This document shows, in pieces, positions 54,136 to 64,000 of a stretch of DNA of 64,000 bases. The position numbers were made by a program, and so were the translations under genes. The notes beneath the pieces were generated by a model. The model saw only the letters and a list, made by a program, of their open reading frames with translations. It searched no databases and had not been told where the DNA came from. Every line of letters begins with the position of its first letter. Position 1 is the first letter of the stretch. The stretch lies in assembly GCF_009914755.1 (NCBI RefSeq), contig NC_060937.1; one strand, 5' to 3'. This DNA is from the human T2T-CHM13v2.0 reference genome, Homo sapiens.

Positions 54136-55924
54136 TAAAATATTTTAGGGCACGGCTCACTGGGAACAACTTTGTGGTGTGAGCACCAAAGTGAATTTTG
54201 ATAGTCGGGTCTTCTGTGGAATTGTTCAATTTCATTTAAATTACCAAATTTATGCAGAGATAGTTGTTCATAGCATACCTTTATTATCTTTAATGGGTAT
54301 GAGATCAGTAGTGGTGAACCCTCTCTCATTTCTGATATTGGTATTTTATGTTTTTTATTTTTCACCTCAGTTATCCCCGCTAACATCTTTGAGAGTTTCA
54401 AAAATAATTAGATTTTGGTTTTGTTGATCCTCTCTGTTTTATTGTTTTCAATTTTATTAATTTATGCTTTAATTTTTATTATTTGCTACCTTTTGTTTGC
54501 TTTAGGTTTAATTTGTTCTTTCTCTACTTTCCTAAGTTAGAGGCTTAAGTTATTGATTTTAGATTTTTCTTTTTTTCCAAAACATACATTTAATACTGCA
54601 TCTCTCTCAGAACTGATTTAGCTACATCTGACAAGATTTGATAATTTGTATTTTCATTTTCATTAACTCAAAATATTTTTATATTTCCCTGGAGATTTTT
54701 TTTATCCATAGGTAATTTAGATATAAATTGTTTAATTTCAATATGTGTGGTACATCTTCAACAATTTTTTTGTTATTTATTTCCAGTTTAATTATATAAT
54801 TGCTTGACAATAAATTTTATGTTTTCTATGATTGAAATTTATCAAGGTTTGTTTTATGGCCCATAATATGATGTGTCTTGGTGAATGTCCCATGTGCAGC
54901 AGAGAAATTTGTATTCTACTGTTGTCAGGTGGAATAGTGTATAAATGTCAACTAGATCAAATTCATTGATTGTGGTTTTCAGCTTATATATCCTAACTTA
55001 ATTTCTACCTGACCTTTCAATTACTAAAAGAGGTGTCTTAAAGTCTGCAATTAAAATTTTAAAGTTTCCAACTATAATGTGAACCTATTTCTCCTTTCAG
55101 TTCTATAAGTTTTTACATGGTGTATTTTTAATCTCGGTTGTTAGTTATATTGTACATCTAGCATTGCTATCACTGCTCTGAATATTGACCGCTTCATGTA
55201 ATATCCCTTGCCCTTGTTATCCCTGACATTATTCCTTATTCAAATTAATATGAGTACTTCAGTTGTCTCTTTATTAGTGTTAGCATAATATGTTTCTCCA
55301 TCTCTTTACTTTTAACCTTTCTGAATCCTCGTATTTATAGTATGTTTCTTCTATATAGCACATACTTGTTTTCCTTTAAACCCAAATGACAATCTCTGTT
55401 TTTTGAGTGTTTATATTATTCAAGTTTTAAGTGATTATTGATATGATTGTATTAAAATATGCCATCTGATTGCTGTTTTCTATATGGTGTATTTTTTATC
55501 TTCTTTTCCTCTTTTTCAGCCTTCTCTTGTTTTAATTGAACATTTTTATGATTGCTCTTTATTTCACCTATTAATGCATTTTTAATGGCTGTTGTGGGGT
55601 CTACTATATTTTTAAATATTGTATTTCTTCCTTCAAATAGTATCAGGTCACGTTATGTTTAGCACAAATATAATGGAATCGTTCCAATTTTTTTCCTCTT
55701 TGTGAAATTGCTACCATTAATTTCACTTTTATATATACTATAAGCACCCAATTCATTGCTTTAACTGTATATTATCCCTTAAATCAATTATGTATTAAAA
55801 TATTAAAGATTATATTTTACCTTCCTTGATTTATTTTCTGATGCCTTTCCATTCTTTGTTTATAAGTTTCTTTATGTCATTTTTCTTCTTCTTGAATACT
55901 TCATTTAAATTTTTTATTACTTAA

Positions 55925-56940
55925 TTTTTTTTAACTGATACATAATGATTGTAATATTTATGTAGCATGGTGTGATGTCTCAATGCATGTATACATTGTA
56001 TAATGATCAAATTGGGGTAATTACCATATTTATCATTTTAAATATTTACCACTTTTTGTGGTGAACACACTCAAAATTTTTCCTACTAGCTATCTTGAAA
56101 TATACACTACATCATTTGCTATAGCCACTCTACTGTGTAATCGTGCAGGAGAACTTATCCTTGCTGTCTAAATATAACTTTGTACCTGTTGATCAATCTC
56201 TCCCAGCTCCCAGCTCCCCTGACTCTTCAAGCCTCGAGTAACCACTATTCAACTCTCTACAACTGTGAAACCAAGTTTTTTAGATTCCACATATGAAAAC
56301 AAATTATCTGATTTAAAAATGGGCAAAAGACCTAAATAGACATTTATCCAATAAACACATGTAAATGGCCAACAGATATATGACAAAATACTCAATATTA
56401 CCAATAATCAGAAAAATTTGAATCAAAATTAAAATGAGATATCACCTCACCCCAGTTAAAATAACTATTATCAAAATGACAAATAATAATGTATGCTGGT
56501 GAGGATGTGGAGAAGAGACCTCACTGTTGGTGGGAACGTAAATTAATAAAACCATTATGGAAAACAGGATGGATCTTCCTCAAAAAATTAAAAAACAGAA
56601 TTACCATATGATCCAACAATCTCATTACTCGGTATACATCCAGTGGAAAGAAAATTAATATGTTGAAGAGACATCTGCACTCCCATTGCAGTGCTATTCA
56701 CCATAGCCAAGATAAAGAATCAGCCTAACTACACATCTATGGATGTATAAAGAGAACGTTGTGTGTGTGTGTGTGTATACACAAACATACATGTAAAATG
56801 AAATACTGTTGAGTCATAAAACGGAATGAAGTTCTGTCATTTGCCACAATGTGGAGGAACCTGAAGAACATTATGTTAAGTCAAATAAACCAGGCACAGA
56901 AAGCATACACCATATGATCTCGCTGATATGTGGAATTTGA
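55925..56940 (-). mobile_element. L1MA 3' end with 5' inversion (minus 55925-56296, plus 56297-56940)
   Basis: Both segments end at the same L1 position (TAGATTCCACATATGA vs GATATGTGGAATT). Confidence 0.85.
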
Positions 56941-57998
56941 CTTTTTTGTACATGTTGGCTGTATGTCAGATCTTTTGTAGGAGAGTCTGTTCTTCACTTT
57001 TGAAGAATGTAGAATTTGGGGTTAACAAACTTCCCTTTCAACACTTAAAACATTTCAATCTTGTGTCATCTTAGTTGTGTGATTTCTGATGTAAAACCTG
57101 TTGTAATTACTATTGCTGTTTCTGTGTTAAGTAATGTACTTGATTTCTCTGTCTACCTTCAAGATTCTCTCTTCGTATTTGCTTTTCCGCAGTTTCAATA
57201 TTATATTCTTGGGTGTGTTGTTGTTATTGTTGTTTATTTGGTGCGTATTTTTTATTTTTATTTTTTGGTATTTGTCTTGATTGATGTTTCTTGACTTTTC
57301 TTAGGTCTGTGGCTTATTTTCTGTTGCTAATTCTGAAAATATTTAGGACATTATTTCTTCAAATATTTCTTCTGCCTATACTCATTCTAATCTTTTGACA
57401 TTTCTATTACATGTATTTCACATTATTTGGTCTTTTCCCTCAGTTTTTGAATCCTCTGGATTTTTAAAATTTATTTTTCTCTTTGTATTTTAGTTTGGTT
57501 AATTTCTATTGACATATATAAGTTCACTGAGTTTATTTCTTGGCCGTGTGGAATCTGGTGATAAACTCATCAAACGCGTTCTTCATTTCTGGTATTTTTT
57601 TTTCTAGCGACTCTTTAATTTTCTCATATAATTTCCATATCTCTACTGACATTATCCATCTGGTCTCACATATTGTCTACCTTTTACATTAAAACCTTTA
57701 ACACACTACTCAGCTTTTTAAAATTCCCCTGTCTGATGATTTCAACATCTGTAGCCTATCAGAGCTTGGTTCTAATGATTCCTTTTCTCTTCAGAATCTC
57801 TAAGGATTCCTTCTCCCCTGTCTTTCCTTGTGCTTTCCATTTTTGTTGCTGCTGTTGCTGAAAGCCAGACATACTTCACAGGCTAGTAGATTTTGAGGTA
57901 AATAGACCTTTACTCTGAAAATTCATGTTAGTCTAGCCAGGAGTTAAGCTGTGTTTGACTTTCAATATTACTAATGGTTACCAGTATTAAAGTTTCTT

Positions 57999-58289
57999 TT
58001 TCTTTTTGGAAGCAGAGCCTCATTCCTGTTGTCCAGGCTGGAGTGCAGTGGTGTGATCTTGGCTCTCTGCAGCCTCCATCTCACTGGCTCAGGAGATCCT
58101 CCCACCTCAGCCTCCTGAGTAGCTAGGACTACAGGCGCATGCCACCATGCCAGGCTAATTTTGGTATTTTTTATAGAGAAGGGGTTTCTCCATGTTACCA
58201 AGGCTCGTCTTGAATTCCTGGGCTCAAGCAATCGGCCAGACTCAGCCTCCCAAATTGCTGGGATTACAGGCATGAGCCACTGTGTCGGA
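57999..58289 (-). mobile_element. AluJ
   Basis: J diagnostics (CCTGGGCTCAAG, GATCCTCCCACCTCAG); perfect 17-bp TSD cagtattaaagtttctt. Confidence 0.93.
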
Positions 58290-59288
58290 CAGTATTAAAG
58301 TTTCTTGCCAGGGGCCATCCAAACCTTCAAATTCCTCTACCTTTCTTGTTTGTGTCTTACATCTATGCTTTGAGTCTCCCCTTTGTGATGATGCTCAGTT
58401 ATGATTACCCCGACTGAAATATTAGAGTACCCTCACCATGAACCCTGCAAATATTCTTGTTCCTTAGCTGCAGGAGATAATCCACCATTGTTTTCTGTGT
58501 ATGTCCCTAAGGACCCCCACCCTGCAATTTAAGCTATTTTTCTTCTTAGGAGAAACTAGGCAGATAAATCAGGGCAGAGTTCCCAACCTGCACATTTAGG
58601 AATATGGAATAGGTTTTGCAGTGGCTGCCTTTCCTACCCTTTTGCTAGCACCATGGGAATCCCTTTTCTGAATTTTCTCCTATCTTTTATGTGGGGTTCT
58701 AGAGGAATAGTTTGCGAAAAGGTAACCATCTCCCTAGGACTGCATCTCCCAGGAGCTCCCCACCCTCACTCTAGCCTACACCCATCCTTCAGCAGTTCCT
58801 CACAATTTCTAGTTTAATGTCTTGTCTGGCTCATATATAGTCTGACTGTCATTTACCCAGGAAAACAAATGCTCAGGTTCTATGTTGGCCTCTCTCCAGG
58901 TTTTAAAATGACTATCTGTCCTGTGAACTCAGTTCTCTGATGATTTCACGTAAGTCATTAATTTGCTGCTTGTGCAAATTTTTCTTGTAAAGATGGGAAC
59001 TTTTTTTATTTTTAAACATATTTATAATGAAACTCTTTATTTTTTATTATCTCTGTCTGCCTCTCTGCTATGATTGCAGATACAACCCTAAAAGAATCAG
59101 CCTTATCTCAAGAAAATTGGGCGACAAATTAAGTGATGTAATAAAAATCAGAGTGTAGTTACTCAGAATAGAGCTTGACTTGAAAGAGACTTGAAAACCT
59201 TTTTGAGATTATTAAAATTTTCTATATGTTGATTTTCAGGTGGTGGTTATGTAATGTCTGTGCACTCAGGGTTTATGTATTGTTTGCA

Positions 59289-59368
59289 ATTTATACCTCA
59301 ATAAAAATAATTAAAATTATTTTTATTGAGGTATAAATAAAATAAAAATAATTTTAATTATTTTTATT
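59289..59368. repeat. Perfect 24-bp palindrome plus adjacent 13-bp palindrome
   Basis: ATTTATACCTCAATAAAAATAATT-aa-AATTATTTTTATTGAGGTATAAAT, then AATAAAAATAATT-tt-AATTATTTTTATT. Confidence 0.95.
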
Positions 59369-60099
59369 GAAGTACATTCTAATTATTATTACTAAAAATA
59401 ATAATTACAGGACTAATTATATATCTTAATCTTTATATGGCTTTTTGCATGACTATTCTTCACTATGCTAAATTATGTAGAAGCAGGCCTTACAAAAGTA
59501 AGTCTTGATCAGTAGGTGGCAACATTCAGTTAAAAAAAAACAAAAAACAAAACTGACATCTCTTTTTCCTCTGTCACCATAAACCGGAGGCCCAAACGTT
59601 AAAGGGTTGACTTCTGCTTCTACTACCTGCTATGGCAAGGAACAAACTGTGATCAGCTGTCTGGAAGGAGAAGGAGGATAACTTACAAAATCTAACATTA
59701 AGAATACTAGAAAAGAGAGCAAACAAATACGTACCACAGCTAGTCTGCAGACATCTCTTTTAACTGTATCAGTAATGTACAATATTTTCATTCCTATATT
59801 GTTTAGTGTAAATCGATGTTTCCATGATGAAAGGAATTCTGAATCTGTGCTTGGAGATTCAAAAGGAGAAAATGTTATCATCTGTTTATGTTAAGTGGAG
59901 ATGTCAACCCCTCGCCACATTATTTCTACTGTATACTAGAGCCAGGCCTTTTAACATATTTTTGCTGTGTTTGAAAGTAGTGACTGTGTCCTGGATAGTT
60001 TCCTATGTTTTTGTATAAAATACATCTGAATATGGAATTTATTCACATGCCTAAAAATATTCCATAAATTTAAAAACCACCCTTCATTAATAACAAATT

Positions 60100-62200
60100 C
60101 TTGTATATCCTTCCAGTATTAATTAATATTTGTAGAAGTAAATCTAGAAATAAATTTTTGTCTCTAGTCTTTTTTTATATAAAAAACAGAAAATGAGATA
60201 CTCTGTTTCCCACAGTTTCTTGACTAACACTATTTCTTGGAGAAAATTCAGTATCTTTCATAGTGTTTCCTCATTCTTTTCATTTTGCCATACATTTTAT
60301 TATATTTGTTGATATACTATGATTTATTTAACCAGTTATCCATTGCTGGTAATTTGAGTTGCCGATATTATTTTTCTGTTTCAAACAAAGCTAAAATTAA
60401 TAAAATAGTACATATGTCATTTCACATGTGTGAAAACATCCAGAAGATAAATTTCCAGACATAAAATTGCAGGGGAAACTATATATATACATGTGTAATT
60501 TTGATATATACTGCCAATTTTCTCTCCAGGACGTTTGCACCAATGTAGACTCTCAACAGTAATACATCAGACTTAGCGTTTCCTTAGTCTCACAGAGAGT
60601 CTTATCAACATTGGATTTTGTCAAATGGATAGATGAAATACTGTATGAAAAAGTAGCATGCCTTATTTTTTCTCGAGGTAGAATTTACACAGCGTAAACT
60701 ACATAAATCTTAAACATAAGGCTTGTTGAATTTTCACATATGTATGAATTTTCACATATTTTTACCATGTCACACCACCACATCAAAACATAGAGCATTT
60801 CCAGCATTTTTAAATGCTCCTTTTGCTCCCCCTAGACAGTACACCTGTAAGGAAGACTGCTAATCTCTACCATCAAAATCTAGTTTTTCCTTTTTACACT
60901 TAATATACGTAGAATAAAATACCACTAGAATTCTGGAGTGTCTGGCTTTTTCCCTCAATCCCATGTTTATGGTATTCATCTGTGATATCATGTAAACATG
61001 TTTTTCATTCATTTTCATTGCTGTCATATCTATTATTTGAATGTATCTCAATTTATTCATCTTATGAATAAATAACACTGAAATTAATTTCCATTTTTTG
61101 CTATCAAGAAACATCATCTAGTCACTGCAGTATCTACAACCCACAATATTTATTGTTTTGTTACTCATAATAATTCCATTGAAACCATTTTCTGACTCAT
61201 ATTGTGATTTCCTCCTTGTCCATGAGTTACATATACGAGTACCTCAATTTCTAAGCATTTGGAGACTTTCCAGTTAGGTTTATAATATTACATTTTAGTG
61301 AATCCACATGTTCAAAGAATATACATTCAAATTATTTCAGATCTTTGATGTTTGTTGCTATATGCTTTACAGTGGAGCATGTTAATTTCAACATGTACTT
61401 GGAAAGACTATAATTTGTATAAATTGGATATGATGTTCTAATGTGTTTCAAATACACCAACATTGAACTGTTAATTTCTATATTTTTAATGATTTCTCTG
61501 TTTGCTTATCAGTTACTGAGAAGGCTTATTAAAATCTTAATTGTGGATTTTTCTACCTCAGCATTTAGTTCTGTCAAATCTTCATATTTTTGGAAAATAA
61601 TTCTATCAGGTATAGAAAAATTTAGAATTGTTATATCGTATCATAGAATTAATATTTTAACCATTATGATATATCTCTGCCATTTGTTTGGCATTAATAC
61701 TTGTCTGATATTAAGTTAGCCATCCCTGCTTTTGGGGGGTAATGTTTGTATGGTAAATCTTTTTCTATACCTTTCCTTTTAATATTTCTGTATCTTAATA
61801 TTGTAAGTGGGTGAATGTTTTATAAGTAATATGTGGCTTACTTTTTAATTAATCAAATTTGACTATTTCTGTAGTTTATGTAAAGTTTAGAAATCTTACA
61901 TTTGATATATTTTCTGGAAGACTTCTATTTAAAAAAATCGTATTTTAAAATAAAATTTTTCCTATTAGCATGCATAAACAGGTTTTGTGTGAATATATAT
62001 TTTTTATATTTCAGAGATAAATACCTAAGTGTACAATTGCTTTGTCTTATAGTTGTCATATGTTTAATATTAATATAAATGAGCAAATCATTTTCCTGAG
62101 TTGTGGTACCATTTTACATTCCCACCAGCAATGTATAAGTGATATGTTTTCTCTGCATTTTCAATTGCATTTAGTGTTATAATTATTTAATGTTGTTACT
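60100..62200 (-). mobile_element. Old L1ME/MC fragments
   Basis: Antisense L1 3' motifs (TTTTACATTCCCACCAGCAATGTAT, ATAGAGCATTTCCAGCA). Confidence 0.6.
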
Positions 62201-62204
62201 GAAA

Positions 62205-62928
62205 GGAGTTGGGGAAAATGTACTAACCTGGTAGTTTGGAAGTGAATGGGGTTTGTAAAACCAAAGGCAAAAAGAATTGCATATAATAATTATAAAATAG
62301 TTGATAAAGTTGTCCCCTACAAAGATATGATGTTAATAACTCTGGAATCACTACACATGCATACTGAAATTGAACAACGAAATAATAAGTGGTGGATAGT
62401 GCAATCAGGATTCTCACTGTCGAAGTGGTGTGTGTTATAGATCAGCAAATGGAGGAGGTTAAAATGATCTATGTAGTAATGGATTAGAGGTGGAGACATC
62501 AGTATGAACTCATGTTTAGCTTAATATAGATGCTGATGGCAACATGTAATATATTTATAGATATGTGGAGATGGAATAGTATACATACATTGTTCTGTCA
62601 GCTGAAAGAGTATAAAAGCATTGACACCCCAAGGGCAACAAGCACACCTCACACTTAGCAGATGGTTTCTAATACCACTCCTCAATAAAGAAAATCAAGG
62701 TCATTGGAGAAATGTCTGATACTAGGACTGAGACATGAAATATATAAGGTGATCTGGGCACACCTTGCAGTCTCAGAAAGAAAGATAATACTCAAGGAAA
62801 CACTGTGGGGATGGATTATGTCATAAACAGAGACACAGGAGCCAAATGAAAGAGATACCAACTGCCAAGACTAGAACAATTTGAGCAACAAACTAAATTA
62901 CTTTGAGATTAAACTCCAAAATATACTA

Positions 62929-62967
<39 letters not shown>

Positions 62968-63760
62968 GTCATTATAGGCTCATCTCATTGATTTATATAT
63001 ACATATATATATTTATATACATAGAAGAGATGAGTCTATGATATAAATAACTGGATACAATATATAAATAAATACAGGACAATAGGCAATTTTTCCATGC
63101 AGAACAATTCCAAATACTATATATAGAAACTCCACCTCAAAGAGATAGATTGTAATTCCTCACTCTTTAAACATATCCTTTTCTTAGTGATGGTCTTCTA
63201 AGAAGTACAATTAAAAAATTGGAAATTTGGGTAATTAATCTGCAGGGAAATTGATGGAAAACACCCCAGCCAAATAATCAAGAATTGATAATATGTACCC
63301 TTGATAGGATATAATGAAAATTATATTTTAACTTCGCAGACTTCTCCACATCCTATAAATCTAGTCATGAGACAAACATCAAATAAATCTTAATTGAGAA
63401 ATACTCTATCAAATAACTGGTCAGTACATTTCAAACTGTCAAGATCATCAAAAACTAGGAGAGTCCATGAAACTGTCACAGCTAAGAAGATTCTAGGGAG
63501 ACAGGACTGCTAAATATAATGTGGTATCCCGAGTGAGATTTTGGAACCAAAAAAGTAAAACAACTTTAGAAATCTAAAAATGTATGGACTTCAATTTAAA
63601 AATGCATTAATATTGCTTTATTAATTATGACAAATATAACACATTAATGTGAGATGTCAAAAATAAAAAATTGGTGCAGGTATATAGGAACTCACTGCAT
63701 TGTCTGTGCAACTTTTCTGTAAATATAAATCTATTCTGTGGTAAAATTTTGTTTCAAACA
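62205..63760 (+). mobile_element. L1MC/MD-type 3' UTR
   Basis: GCAGATGGTTTCTAATACCA..TTGGAGAAATG..; AACTGTCAAGATCATCAAAAAC; GGAACTCACTG..CAACTTTTCTGTAAAT. Confidence 0.75.
62929..62967. repeat. Compound (TG)n(TA)n microsatellite
   Basis: Direct reading. Confidence 0.9.
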
Positions 63761-64000
63761 AAACAGAAAATATACCCTGCCTGTTGATGGCAAGAGTGTC
63801 AAACAATTTGTAGCCACATTTAACCCATCACACAGGTTTAACCCAAAGCTATGTCTTATGACCTGGATGCTGCCTTAGAGTCAAGTCCAAAAATTTAAAC
63901 TAAAACAAAGAGCAATCATTAGCTGTATGTTTCATTTAAATTGTTTAGATCATCCTGAAGCAGATTTCTGTTTAATGCATTTCATACTCTCCCACCACTT

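Overview
AT-rich, CpG-poor, repeat-dense primate genomic DNA (AluY and an L1PA3-like tail imply a catarrhine/hominoid, probably human), intergenic or deep intronic. I can support no host protein-coding exon, RNA gene or CpG island; the ORF-track entries are repeat-derived or chance. The main feature is a ~9.1 kb decayed class I ERV provirus (25570-34649, + strand, LTR9/LTR9B-type LTRs, HUERS-P3-like). It has broken gag and pro-pol, an env reduced to its TM tail, a decayed two-helix micro-ORF between pol and env, and later Alu and L1 insertions. Other repeats: a solo MER11 LTR with 6-bp TSD, THE1D/MST/MLT1 MaLR pieces, MER31/67-like and MER68/77-like LTRs, Tigger2a, MER1B, MER58, MIR, L2, about ten Alus and many L1s, four with twin-priming 5' inversions. 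Structure not explained by repeat annotation: a ~280-bp, ~94% identical local inverted duplication pasted into an AluJ (44477-44758 vs 45461-45741), a perfect 24-bp AT-rich palindrome (59289-59338), a 24-bp-stem hairpin (2313-2402), fold-back stems around TA microsatellites, a 4-tier G4 motif and candidate homeodomain-rich enhancers. Repeat subfamily names come from recalled consensus sequences and are approximate. I found no convincing new multi-gene system.
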